In this document: positions 1 through 9,161 of the stretch, piece by piece
How positions within the stretch are numbered: position 1 is the stretch's first letter
Layout: every line of letters starts with the position of its first letter
Source of the DNA: a virus
DNA: 64,000 bases
Virus record (IMG/VR): IMGVR_UViG_3300009160_000036
Span: 14,597-78,596 of that record
Direction: 5' to 3' (one strand)
Translations under genes and position numbers: made by a program
The notes under the pieces: generated by a model
The model's database searches: none
Told to the model about the DNA's origin: nothing
What the model saw: the letters and a program-made list of their open reading frames with translations, nothing else

Positions 1-3
1 TCG

Positions 4-255
4 ATGCTTTCCTCCAACCCGAACTCAGGATGCCGCCAAGCGGACATCTCGAAGTGTCTGGACACCGCATGCTTGAACCCTACGGCAAACCAAGGTGGGG
101 TGGCAATCGTGCAGAAGCTTTACGAGAACCATCCGAACGATAGTCGGGTGACCGGACCGCACGACATTGCGCCGACGGTGGTATCCCGCTATGGGACAGG
201 CGGGGGCAACGTGCCCCTCATCAACACCGAGAAAGATGGAACCGATACCCATTGA
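4..255 (+). CDS. Upstream, out-of-frame segment of the C5 cytosine methyltransferase (variable region; gene probably starts before the window)
   Basis: YENHPNDSRVTGPHDIAPTVVSRYGTGGGNVPLI resembles the variable-region repeats of phage C5 MTases and overlaps the next ORF in a different frame. Confidence 0.55.
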   Translation: MLSSNPNSGCRQADISKCLDTACLNPTANQGGVAIVQKLYENHPNDSRVTGPHDIAPTVVSRYGTGGGNVPLINTEKDGTDTH

Positions 256-1126
256 TTCGATGAACCTACTTTCCCGTCTGGGGAAGGGGTCTGAAAATCA
301 TTCTATCCAGAACTTTATTCCGGGCGAGCCGATGTTCACCTTGACCAAGGGTCATCACCACGCGGTAGCTCAACCCATCCCCATCCAAGATACCAGACCG
401 ATGGAAAAGAAGCAGAATGGGCTTGGTATTGGACTGACCGGTGATGTAGCCTACACTTTGGACACGACCGGCAGCCAAGGCGTCGCGCAACCCATCGCTA
501 TGAGGGAATCAGGTCCCGGCTTCTGGATGGAGGACACTAAAGCCGGAACTCTCCGCGCCGAAGGCGAGAATAGGCCTTCCCGTCCCTCCCATGTCATTGG
601 GGTAGTATCCCCAACGGTTACAACCTGCAAGGGGTCAAAGGGCGGTAGCTCCTCGGAAGCCATCGACGAACTCATTGCCCTCCACCAAGCACAACTTATG
701 AACGAAGAAGAACCTATCACCTTTCAGCCCGGTAACCTTCGCCGTAAGGCGGGTGCCGCACCCTCGACAGAAGTATTCCCGACCTTGAAGTGCGACACAG
801 GCGACCAATCGCCCCACATCTGTGCGCCTACCCTCACGGCATCCAATGACCCTTCCCGGAGTCCACAGAGCTCCGAAGTCACCCAACAAGTCCACTCGGT
901 CCATCAGGTGACGATGGCCGTAAGGCGCTTAACCCCTAGGGAGTGCGAACGGTTGCAGGGCTTCCCGGATGATTGGTCCCAAATCCCTTGGAAGGGTAAG
1001 CCCGCTGAAGATTGCCCAGATGGTCCGCGTTATAAAGCGTGCGGCAACTCGATGGCCGTTCCGTGTATGCGCTGGATTGGGGAGCAAATCGACAAGAAGC
1101 ACAAAGAGCTGTTCGGCACACCTTGA
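167..1126 (+). CDS. DNA (cytosine-5) methyltransferase, C-terminal part
   Basis: Motifs IX-X (VRRLTPRECERLQGFPDDW...RYKACGNSMAVPCMRWIG) preceded by repeated xTL/PIA variable segments. Confidence 0.85.
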   Translation: MRRRWYPAMGQAGATCPSSTPRKMEPIPIDSMNLLSRLGKGSENHSIQNFIPGEPMFTLTKGHHHAVAQPIPIQDTRPMEKKQNGLGIGLTGDVAYTLDTTGSQGVAQPIAMRESGPGFWMEDTKAGTLRAEGENRPSRPSHVIGVVSPTVTTCKGSKGGSSSEAIDELIALHQAQLMNEEEPITFQPGNLRRKAGAAPSTEVFPTLKCDTGDQSPHICAPTLTASNDPSRSPQSSEVTQQVHSVHQVTMAVRRLTPRECERLQGFPDDWSQIPWKGKPAEDCPDGPRYKACGNSMAVPCMRWIGEQIDKKHKELFGTP

Positions 1127-1161
1127 CAACGTAGTAGGGGTGGACAGACTGCCATCCACAA

Positions 1162-1755
1162 ATGGCAAGAGGCTACTCACAGTCCAGAAGCGAAAGCGCC
1201 CCCGATGGCAGAGCCAAATGGGAAGCGATGCAGGGCAAGAAGAGCATTGAAGCTCTTGCCCGCGTCAAGACCCGCCTTGGCAATGGCGACGTGGGCAATG
1301 GCGTCCTCGCAGATGGGAAACTGACCCTGCGCGACGATGACATCAAGTATCTCACGGAGAGCATGATTGGTCCCAAGAACGAAATCTCCGACATGTTCGA
1401 CGAAGGCTATCCCGGTAAGACTAATTACAGGGCATACGACGCGGTGCAAACCCTCCACTTCTATCCCGAAAACACCGACAAGTTCGCTGGCGACATGGCT
1501 GGCTACATCGAGTCTGCCGCCTTCAAGCTTGAACCTAGAGACTATACCAACGACGCCAACTCTGGTGAAGCATACAATCCGGGCAGGGAGTTTGTCGAAG
1601 TTGACCCAGAGGTCCTTCAGGCAGACTACTTGTTCGCATTTGGCGTCGAGCTGGATGACAACTCGGCGAAGCGCCTAGCAGAGTCGTTCCGGGAAGCCCT
1701 TGGCGAGTCCATCGAGCAGTGGGCTGAAGACCGAGAAGAAAGACGGAGACGCTAA
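1162..1755 (+). CDS. MARG-tag protein 1 (acidic, unknown function)
   Basis: Starts MARGYSQSRSE; TGGACA element at 1141. Confidence 0.85.
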   Translation: MARGYSQSRSESAPDGRAKWEAMQGKKSIEALARVKTRLGNGDVGNGVLADGKLTLRDDDIKYLTESMIGPKNEISDMFDEGYPGKTNYRAYDAVQTLHFYPENTDKFAGDMAGYIESAAFKLEPRDYTNDANSGEAYNPGREFVEVDPEVLQADYLFAFGVELDDNSAKRLAESFREALGESIEQWAEDREERRRR

Positions 1756-1758
1756 TTT

Positions 1759-2316
1759 ATGGCACGAGGATACTCACAAGCAAGGTCTGAAAATCTTGAT
1801 GCTGGATACAGGCTCAAGACTTTTGGCGAGAACGAGAAGCAAGGTCGGGTAGAAAAACTTGACCGGCTCGTCGAGGGGAAATACATCACCGCCAAGGCGG
1901 CCGAGGTTCTTAAGGAAGACGGGTCGCAACATGATGGTCGTTATTACAATGAGTCCTCCTTAAAAAGGACGTTTGGAAAAGACTTTTTCAAAAAGGGTTG
2001 GGTTCAAGAAAAGAGTGACTTCATCCCCAATGCCGTGATAGAGTGGAAGAATCTTGGTGGACAAATCTTTTACAAGGTTAAAGACATAGAGATGTTCGGT
2101 GGCGTGCCTTACCAGAAGGACGGCAAGTATGTCGGAATGACCTACCTTATGTCGCTTGACGAAAAGGTTCTTGCCGAGAACGGAGGCAGATACAAAACGA
2201 TTAAAGAGGCGATTGATGTTCTGGAGACAAACAGCCAGATTTCCCAAAAGCAGTCGGGCGATGCAATGCAGTCTGCATACGAAGCTGCTGGAAGCCCTCG
2301 TGGTTGGTGGGAGTAA
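1759..2316 (+). CDS. MARG-tag protein 2
   Basis: Starts MARGYSQARSE, 3 nt after the previous stop. Confidence 0.85.
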   Translation: MARGYSQARSENLDAGYRLKTFGENEKQGRVEKLDRLVEGKYITAKAAEVLKEDGSQHDGRYYNESSLKRTFGKDFFKKGWVQEKSDFIPNAVIEWKNLGGQIFYKVKDIEMFGGVPYQKDGKYVGMTYLMSLDEKVLAENGGRYKTIKEAIDVLETNSQISQKQSGDAMQSAYEAAGSPRGWWE

Positions 2317-2347
2317 GCCTAGTCGTTGACAGCGACCCAAGAACACT

Positions 2348-2941
2348 ATGGCAGACAAAACCGGTATCTGTGAATGTGGCGACCCCTCTTGCACCTGCAA
2401 GCCGGGAACCTGCGACTGCATCCAGCCCTCCGAGAAGTTCCTCCCCAAGGAGGACAAGAAGCCCATTACCAACCAAACCATTAACGCCCCTGTGAATCCT
2501 ACATCTGACCCCGCCAAACAAAAGGGCGAATACAACGCCCTTGCCTCCGAAATCCCCCTCGACCTCATTCCTTACAAGGATAAGCAAGCTGCCGTCGCTG
2601 ATGCTGGCAAAACCGACTTCCCCTTCTGGTCCAAGGCTATTACGCGCCTACAAGAGGCGGTGGCTCAAAACATTGAGCGCCAAGCTACCAGCCAGACCAA
2701 GTTCACCTCAAAGCCCTGTTCTTGGAGAATCGGGAAGGATGGACTCCGGGAAGTAGCTTACAACTACATCGAAGAAGTCCGCACCGACATCAACATCTCT
2801 GGCTCTATGGCGTCCAGCCCCAAGACTATGGTGTCCTATGCCACCGTTGACAAGCGAGTGGTGCTCTCAAAGCACTTGGATGACAAGTCTGCTACCCTTG
2901 CCTCCCAGACTTACAACGAGTTCCTTGGTCTGACCAAGTAA
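2348..2941 (+). CDS. Hypothetical protein with Cys-rich, metallothionein-like N-terminus
   Basis: CECGDPSCTCKPGTCDC at the N-terminus; TTGACA element at 2326. Confidence 0.7.
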   Translation: MADKTGICECGDPSCTCKPGTCDCIQPSEKFLPKEDKKPITNQTINAPVNPTSDPAKQKGEYNALASEIPLDLIPYKDKQAAVADAGKTDFPFWSKAITRLQEAVAQNIERQATSQTKFTSKPCSWRIGKDGLREVAYNYIEEVRTDINISGSMASSPKTMVSYATVDKRVVLSKHLDDKSATLASQTYNEFLGLTK

Positions 2942-2945
2942 GACC

Positions 2946-3506
2946 GTGGCACGCGGTTATTCACAATCCCGGTCGGAGTCCAGCAATGCTAAAGCGGAAG
3001 CTGTCCGGGCACAGCGTGCTTCTGATGAAGTCACGTTCTCCAAGCTGGCTTCTGGGACAGACTTTCAAATGTTTGACAGTGAGGACCTAGTGGTCGGCGA
3101 GAGCGTAAAGACTCTCAATGACCTTGAGACAAAGATAGCGGATTTATTTGGCAGCGAAGACCCAGAGGACATTTATTCGAGCTTCACCGCTGATTTCATT
3201 GATAACAACCCGGAGTTTATCAAAGAGCTTGATAAGGCCAGAGAAGGTGCTTATGAAGGCGGTAAGGAAGAAACTCCTTCTATCTATCAATCCTCTACTG
3301 CAACCGAGCAACGTTTTGATTACTCTTTTGGCGACGGGTCAAGTGGCACCTACACAACCATCTTAAAGTTCCCCGGCGCGCCGTCTATTGAGATGAAATG
3401 GTCTGTTGAAATGAGCGTATCATACGATTATGACTATAAAAGAGACGAAGAGAACGAAAGCATCTCCTACCGAACAAGGGTAAAAAACGTAAGAATACTA
3501 ACATAA
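2946..3506 (+). CDS. MARG-tag protein 3 (acidic; GTG start)
   Basis: Starts (M)ARGYSQSRSE. Confidence 0.85.
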   Translation: MARGYSQSRSESSNAKAEAVRAQRASDEVTFSKLASGTDFQMFDSEDLVVGESVKTLNDLETKIADLFGSEDPEDIYSSFTADFIDNNPEFIKELDKAREGAYEGGKEETPSIYQSSTATEQRFDYSFGDGSSGTYTTILKFPGAPSIEMKWSVEMSVSYDYDYKRDEENESISYRTRVKNVRILT

Positions 3507-4222
3507 TGGCACGCGGCAACTCCACACGGCGCAACCTTGCGCCCGAAGACATCTCCAAGCTCATCCGGGGAGACAAGACCGCATTGCAGGCTAATGCCGC
3601 CAAGGGTGGTAATGCTCCTGCCGCACAGCCCAATCCTACGGCTCCGGCAGCGACAACACCCACTCCGGTTCCGCAGAACCCGAATGTTCCCACCACTATA
3701 CCCCTGACGCAGGCAGAGGTTGATGCAATCAAGGCAGAGTTTGCTGCCGACGAAGCCAAGGAAGTCGCCTTCAAGAAGTATTTCCAGAACCTACAAGACA
3801 AGGCAGAGTTTGACTCCGAGCAGGCAGCCGAAGCTGCACGCGAAGCCGCGTTTAAGGCTTACGTTGAAGGTCAGAGAAGTCTTGCCGAAGCTGCGGCTCT
3901 CGCCTCGCCAAAGAACGCTCAAAAGGCAGGACTCGCCAATGCCAACAAGGAAGAAAAGGGCAAAAAGAAGGAAAAGAGCGGCAAGGAAAAGGCAGGCGAA
4001 AAACCGTGGTATCTCCGCTCTGGCAGAGGTCCGGGAAGCATTTTATTTGGTCGTGGCAAATCGGGCAACATCAATGAAATTAGCACAGTTGGTGGTGGTG
4101 CAGAAGAGTTTGCGGTGGAAGCCTTGAACAACCTACGGAAGAAGGCGGGCGTCTCCAAGAACTTTCTTCTGGGCAAGGCAGGCCCCTCTGCCCCATCAGC
4201 TCCATCTGGTCCCTCGAAGTAA
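3506..4222 (+). CDS. MARG-tag protein 4 (divergent tag; Ala/Pro/Lys-rich)
   Basis: Starts MARGNSTRR; start overlaps the previous stop. Confidence 0.75.
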   Translation: MARGNSTRRNLAPEDISKLIRGDKTALQANAAKGGNAPAAQPNPTAPAATTPTPVPQNPNVPTTIPLTQAEVDAIKAEFAADEAKEVAFKKYFQNLQDKAEFDSEQAAEAAREAAFKAYVEGQRSLAEAAALASPKNAQKAGLANANKEEKGKKKEKSGKEKAGEKPWYLRSGRGPGSILFGRGKSGNINEISTVGGGAEEFAVEALNNLRKKAGVSKNFLLGKAGPSAPSAPSGPSK

Positions 4223-4246
4223 GGTGGACAGAAATCAAGTGCTACT

Positions 4247-4894
4247 ATGGCACGTGGTTATTCCCAATCGAGGTCGGAAGATTTGCGCGAACGTAATGAG
4301 TTACGTGAAGCCGACAAGCCCCAGACGCCCCCCAAGGGAATTAGCGCCAAGCAGATTGATTCTATCTCTGACCCCCTAATCAAGGCGTTGGTCAGACAAT
4401 CTCCCATTCTTCCTTCCAAGAGTCCAAGAAATCCCGGAGATAAGGATGTTCTGCCTCTGGATGCCATCTTTGAGTCGGTTTCGGAAGCCATCCCGTCGAC
4501 CGATTTCCTTGAAAAGGAATACAGCAATCGAGCTAAGGCAGCCTATGCTGCTATTGCAACGGATATGCTTGAGCTTAACCTGCTTCAAGCGGAACGCGCT
4601 GGTCGCGTCCGGGCGGCAGCCGAGTATGGTCCCAAGGACGAGGAAGAAGTGGCGGCTCGTATGGACAAGCAAATTGCCGAAATCAAGTCGTCCCTTAAGG
4701 ACAACATCCGTGACCTAGATGAGCAGACGGGCGGCGAACTTGGCATTAAGAGCATGGTTCAAGACTTGGCATACCAGATTACCCAAGGCGTGAGAAACGG
4801 CCTTGAAAAGGGCAATGGCAAGAAGTATGCCCCCACCGAAACGAGAGAGCGCAAGAAGCAGCTCGACTCACTCTACAACTTTATTAGCCAATAA
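4247..4894 (+). CDS. MARG-tag protein 5
   Basis: Starts MARGYSQSRSE; TGGACA element at 4225. Confidence 0.85.
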   Translation: MARGYSQSRSEDLRERNELREADKPQTPPKGISAKQIDSISDPLIKALVRQSPILPSKSPRNPGDKDVLPLDAIFESVSEAIPSTDFLEKEYSNRAKAAYAAIATDMLELNLLQAERAGRVRAAAEYGPKDEEEVAARMDKQIAEIKSSLKDNIRDLDEQTGGELGIKSMVQDLAYQITQGVRNGLEKGNGKKYAPTETRERKKQLDSLYNFISQ

Positions 4895-4897
4895 CCT

Positions 4898-5302
4898 ATG
4901 CAAGCCTGCGAAGAAGCCACACAGCTCATCATGTCCTTGACCGCGCAAGTTGCGCAACTCAAGCAGATGACCAGCGTCGAACACATCTCCCGCCAGCAGA
5001 TTGTCTCTACCGGAGAGGACATCCTCCAAGCTTGGATTAAGGGCGAGAAGCATTCGCCTGTCCTACACGCTCGGTGGAAGGAAGCGACTGACCCAAAGAC
5101 CATCGACAAGAAGTTTAAGCAGATTGCCAAAGAGTATGAGGCAAAGCTCGCCGAGGTTGAAAAAGCCAAAGGCGTCCTGAAACAGCACGAAGCCGACCAA
5201 GCAGACCCCAAGATGCCGACGATTAAAGAACCGGCAGGCCCGCAAGAAGTCCCGTCGGACATCCCTGCTATTGAGCAACCTAAAAAGGGGAAGGGCAAAT
5301 AA
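4898..5302 (+). CDS. Hypothetical coiled-coil protein
   Basis: 134-aa ORF tightly packed between MARG genes. Confidence 0.65.
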   Translation: MQACEEATQLIMSLTAQVAQLKQMTSVEHISRQQIVSTGEDILQAWIKGEKHSPVLHARWKEATDPKTIDKKFKQIAKEYEAKLAEVEKAKGVLKQHEADQADPKMPTIKEPAGPQEVPSDIPAIEQPKKGKGK

Positions 5303-5303
5303 G

Positions 5304-5963
5304 ATGGCCAGAGGATACGGAAAAGCCGGCAGCGAATCCCAAGCATATGGCGGCAGGGGTTCTGGCGGCGTTAATTGGATTATTAGCAAGGATGCCCACG
5401 ACAATCGCATCGAAGACAACATCAAGAGCAACGCGTATGGCCCTACGCTCAGGGGCAACCTTGGCAACGATGTGGCTGTTGCCAAACAAGCCGTCTTAAA
5501 GGATGCTCAACGCAAAGAGCTGATTGACCAGAAGTTTGAAGCCAAGGAGAAGGCCACCGCCCTCCGAGGAAAATTAAAAGACTTTGACTTTGAAGATGGA
5601 GACGCTGTGGATGCCGCCCTACCTCGCTATCCGGGCGAACACGGTAAGGACATCTATCAGATGTTTGACGAGTCTCTGGATAGCCGAACGCGTGCCGCCA
5701 TTGACCGTGATGAGCGCCGGCAAGCCCAAGACGATGGCGTCGGGGGTGGCGATGGATACTCCCGCAGAGCGGAAGAGTTTGCCAAGTTCACCAAGGAGCT
5801 GCTTACGGAAAGAACGGCCACCACGTCTTCCTCTTTTCAGTATCAGCGAGACGGCATCGGTGGCATCATCGCCCAATACAACCGAGACATCTTCAAGCGA
5901 GAGAAGGACATCTTCAACGATGCGGAGAATAAGGTGTATCGCTCGCAGAACCCCGAAGCTTAA
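5304..5963 (+). CDS. MARG-tag protein 6
   Basis: Start re-assigned to ATG 5304 (MARGYGKAGSE), 1 nt after the previous stop. Confidence 0.85.
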   Translation: MARGYGKAGSESQAYGGRGSGGVNWIISKDAHDNRIEDNIKSNAYGPTLRGNLGNDVAVAKQAVLKDAQRKELIDQKFEAKEKATALRGKLKDFDFEDGDAVDAALPRYPGEHGKDIYQMFDESLDSRTRAAIDRDERRQAQDDGVGGGDGYSRRAEEFAKFTKELLTERTATTSSSFQYQRDGIGGIIAQYNRDIFKREKDIFNDAENKVYRSQNPEA

Positions 5964-5966
5964 TCT

Positions 5967-6458
5967 ATGGCACGTGGCTACTCCAGTGCTATGACCGAAT
6001 CGGAACGCGTCATTACGGGCAAGAAGACAAAGCCTAGTGACCCGGCATACGAGCCTGTCCAGATGGATGGCGACTTGGTGCGCCGCAAGAACGGCTTCAA
6101 AGCCCCGCAGCTCCAACCCGACTTTAAGCCAGATAAAGTGTATGCGGAGATTGGAATGAAGTATCTCCGCGCCGACCAGAAGCTTACCGACCAATCCCCC
6201 TCCGAGAACATTAAGGAGAATGACCCCTATTGGTTCATCGCGGCCGCAAAGGAAACTCCGCGCCAGCGTTGGCTGGAAATCGGAGATGAAGGCATCCGTG
6301 CCAACCTGCGTTCGGCTGGATTCAAGGATTGGGCTAATGTCGATGGAGTTGGACCTGACCGGTTGATGGCATCTTGGATGCTCAACTCGAAGTTCTTTGA
6401 CCTTTCTGGCAAGGTTCCGGTGCAGATAGCGCCTATCCCGAAGACGTTCACCAAGTAA
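5967..6458 (+). CDS. MARG-tag protein 7
   Basis: Starts MARGYSSAMTESE. Confidence 0.85.
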   Translation: MARGYSSAMTESERVITGKKTKPSDPAYEPVQMDGDLVRRKNGFKAPQLQPDFKPDKVYAEIGMKYLRADQKLTDQSPSENIKENDPYWFIAAAKETPRQRWLEIGDEGIRANLRSAGFKDWANVDGVGPDRLMASWMLNSKFFDLSGKVPVQIAPIPKTFTK

Positions 6459-6869
6459 CTAAATCGGCAGCTCGGTCTTGGCGATGTGGTGCAGCTCCGA
6501 AATGGGGATGACCAGCATTCTGGACGCCTTATCGTCCCCGCCGTTTACGATGCGTGCTTTATAATCCGAAGGGTTTTTTATAGCTTTCCGGAGGAACGCC
6601 TTCAGTTGGACGGTAGGCCATCCATACATCCCGACAACAGACCCATCCTTGGAGAGCAATTGCACCCAGAAGTCAGACTCGGTGGTAGAGATGCCAGAGG
6701 CTTTGCCTCGGCACCAATACTCGAAGACAATGTTGCCCGTCGTAAACCATTGGTCGCGCTCGGTCTTGACCTCAATCTTCATACCGCCCGAAGTGCCTAG
6801 CATCTTCAACCATTGTTCGCCGGCTTGACCAAACTTTAAGTCGAGGTCGAACTTTGGATTCCAGCTCAT
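6459..6869 (-). CDS. Phage protein with PD-(D/E)xK nuclease-like motif
   Basis: FDLDLKFGQAGE...IEVKTERDQW...GNIVFEY...SGISTTESDFW pattern. Confidence 0.6.
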   Translation of the reverse strand: MSWNPKFDLDLKFGQAGEQWLKMLGTSGGMKIEVKTERDQWFTTGNIVFEYWCRGKASGISTTESDFWVQLLSKDGSVVGMYGWPTVQLKAFLRKAIKNPSDYKARIVNGGDDKASRMLVIPISELHHIAKTELPI

Positions 6870-6912
6870 TGTGTCTTGACGAGTGGTATGGTCGTTTGTT
6901 CACTACTTGTCA

Positions 6913-7173
6913 ATGGAAGAAGAGCGCAAAACGCGATTGGAGAAAATGGACACCAAGTCGCTGAACAATTACAGGTTCATCCTACAATCCATAGCGGGGG
7001 ACATCAAGCTTACCGAGAAGAACATGAAGCTGCTTGTGAACCAGAACACCTTGGACCTGACCCCGACGCTTTTATCTGGGACTGACACCGGAGCGCAAGA
7101 ACGCGTCCATGCGGCGTCCACCGTCATCGAGGCTCTCAATAGGATACGCCAGCTCATTGACACGCTGCCATAA
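6913..7173 (+). CDS. Hypothetical protein
   Basis: ORF divergent from 6869 with its ATG at 6913. Confidence 0.5.
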   Translation: MEEERKTRLEKMDTKSLNNYRFILQSIAGDIKLTEKNMKLLVNQNTLDLTPTLLSGTDTGAQERVHAASTVIEALNRIRQLIDTLP

Positions 7174-7177
7174 TCAA

Positions 7178-7960
7178 ATGGCGCGGGGTTATTCACAAAG
7201 CAAAAGCGAGCTTAACACCGATTATGGTCGGGAAAATCAATTGCTGAAAGAAGACCTTCCCCGGAATCCTATTATGAAGACCACCGTCGAGCAGGAGCGC
7301 GACTATTGGCCGATGATTAGAAAGTTTTACGCCGATGAAGCCAAGGCAATAGACAAAGAATACAAGCCAATGGTAGCCAAGGTGAAGAAGCTCCCAGCCG
7401 ACGAGCGCATTAAAGTAATGGGGGCTATTGAAAGATTGCAAGACCTAGTTGGGCAACATGTTAATCGCTACATGAGCGACATCAATGAGGGGCAATCTGG
7501 CAACCTTGTTGAAATCAATCGGGCAGACACCTTAAAACAGAGGATTGTCGAGCGCATCGAGCAACTCCCAGAATGGGTCAGAAGCACGATGTATGCCCCG
7601 GCAGATAAGATTGGAGAGCTTTCGAGGGGGGCAGATAGACCTACGCTTACTTCGGTTGAGGGCGGAGGCAATATTGGCTCATTTACCGACAGCCCAACCC
7701 AAGCTGCCAATTTTGGCAAAGGGACAGGGACTTATGGCATCCAGCGTTTCTACACAGCCAAGGACATCGACTCTTTTGACAAGATTATTGACCTCCAGAG
7801 AGTAGCCAGATTTGCCTATGCTTTTAGCGCCAATGAAGAGAACGACTTTATCAAAGAAACCGTTCGTGATGAGCGCGAGTATTTGGTTACTGGCATCAAG
7901 TGGAAAGAATCCACTTTAAAAGAGCAGATTGGGACTGAGCGGTCTAAGGCTACCATATGA
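7178..7960 (+). CDS. MARG-tag protein 8, probable R-S-E type ADP-ribosyltransferase
   Basis: Start re-assigned to 7178 (MARGYSQSKSE); LSRG ... GSFTDSPTQAANF ... DEREYLV match the R / S-x-(S/T) / E-x-E motifs. Confidence 0.65.
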   Translation: MARGYSQSKSELNTDYGRENQLLKEDLPRNPIMKTTVEQERDYWPMIRKFYADEAKAIDKEYKPMVAKVKKLPADERIKVMGAIERLQDLVGQHVNRYMSDINEGQSGNLVEINRADTLKQRIVERIEQLPEWVRSTMYAPADKIGELSRGADRPTLTSVEGGGNIGSFTDSPTQAANFGKGTGTYGIQRFYTAKDIDSFDKIIDLQRVARFAYAFSANEENDFIKETVRDEREYLVTGIKWKESTLKEQIGTERSKATI

Positions 7961-8322
7961 CCACCCTTGGAGACTTTGCGCTCGGAACACCATCGCCCCG
8001 GAGGGCAGATGCCCGCCTTATCACCAAAATCGTAGATGGGGTAGAGTTCACAGGAAGCGTCATTATGCGGTGGTCGACGGCAGATACCCTTTACCTAGAA
8101 AGCTTGCGGGCAATCACGCGTGGCGGGGGCAAGACGACCTTGGACGCCGTAATAGAGGTAGCGGACAGGAATCAGGTGAACCTCGCCTTGTTCGCCCAGC
8201 CATACGACGCAAACCGCTGCACAGTCCGGATGACCAAGAAGAAGCTCATCGCATGGTATGAGCGCTTCGGCTTCGAGCATAGGACCAACGGCTTTATGGT
8301 CCGCAAGCCGTTGACAAAATAG
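7957..8322 (+). CDS. GNAT-like acetyltransferase
   Basis: LYLESLRAITRGGGKTTL...ADRNQVNLALFAQPY...LIAWYERFGF. Confidence 0.7.
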   Translation: MTTLGDFALGTPSPRRADARLITKIVDGVEFTGSVIMRWSTADTLYLESLRAITRGGGKTTLDAVIEVADRNQVNLALFAQPYDANRCTVRMTKKKLIAWYERFGFEHRTNGFMVRKPLTK

Positions 8323-8332
8323 CAAGATTACT

Positions 8333-9067
8333 ATGGCAAGAGGTTATTCGCAGGCTAAATCCGAGGAAAGCAGAGAAATGCGCCGTCAAGGCCAAGCTCT
8401 TATTGATAAGGCACAGGCTATTGAAGCCAAGGAGATGGCCGATAAGGTTATCGCCAAGGAAGCAAAAGCCCAAAACCTTGAACCGGGCCGCGACCCGATG
8501 CGTGCGCTCAACCAGACGGCAGCCCTATTGACGGCAGGACCTTCGGAAGAGGATAAGAATATCCGTGGTGGCTATGATGCCGAGAGATTCAACCGCCGGA
8601 AGGCCGATGCCGAAGCCCGTCTTATGAAGGTGAAGGAAGTCCTAGAAGCGTCGAAGAACAATAAGGAGTTCTTTGAGAAGCTGGGCGAAGCCAAGGAAAT
8701 GACCATCGAGGGCAATTACTCCGTCGAGAAAGGTCTTCTTTACAACGGCAACCTTGGTGGCAAGAAGCGTGCAGAGCAGTTCCTAGAATCGGTCAAAGAA
8801 GGACTCAAGGAAGGTTCTTTCGGCGACGCGTTTCGTCAGGCCAAGGTCACGTTCAAGGGCTCCCGCAAGGATGAGGTTCGGGTGGACTTCCCGGCTGGGA
8901 CCGAGCTACCTCGCCGCTCCGACCTACGCTCCGCAATCAGAAGCTTGGGAACGGCGATGACATACACGCAGACGGAGCAGTATGGCGATGGCTTTGGCCA
9001 TACCCCGATGCCCAAGGTGACCTTCCGGGTCGGTGGCGAAGAAGTCGATACCATCGACTACATGTAA
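8333..9067 (+). CDS. MARG-tag protein 9
   Basis: Starts MARGYSQAKSE; TTGACA element at 8311. Confidence 0.85.
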   Translation: MARGYSQAKSEESREMRRQGQALIDKAQAIEAKEMADKVIAKEAKAQNLEPGRDPMRALNQTAALLTAGPSEEDKNIRGGYDAERFNRRKADAEARLMKVKEVLEASKNNKEFFEKLGEAKEMTIEGNYSVEKGLLYNGNLGGKKRAEQFLESVKEGLKEGSFGDAFRQAKVTFKGSRKDEVRVDFPAGTELPRRSDLRSAIRSLGTAMTYTQTEQYGDGFGHTPMPKVTFRVGGEEVDTIDYM

Positions 9068-9077
9068 TTGGGCGGTT

Positions 9078-9160
9078 GCCCCATGCGCTCTCCACGCGCC
9101 ACCCACCGGGAAACCACCGGTCACCCACGCGCCAACCCTGCGCTCCCCACCCATGCCCCA
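9078..9160. repeat. Mirror-ordered block repeat (A-B-C-D / D-C-B-A) between convergent genes
   Basis: CCCATGC, TGCGCTC, CCACGCGCCA and CCACCGG each occur twice, in reversed order. Confidence 0.8.
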
Positions 9161-9161
9161 C

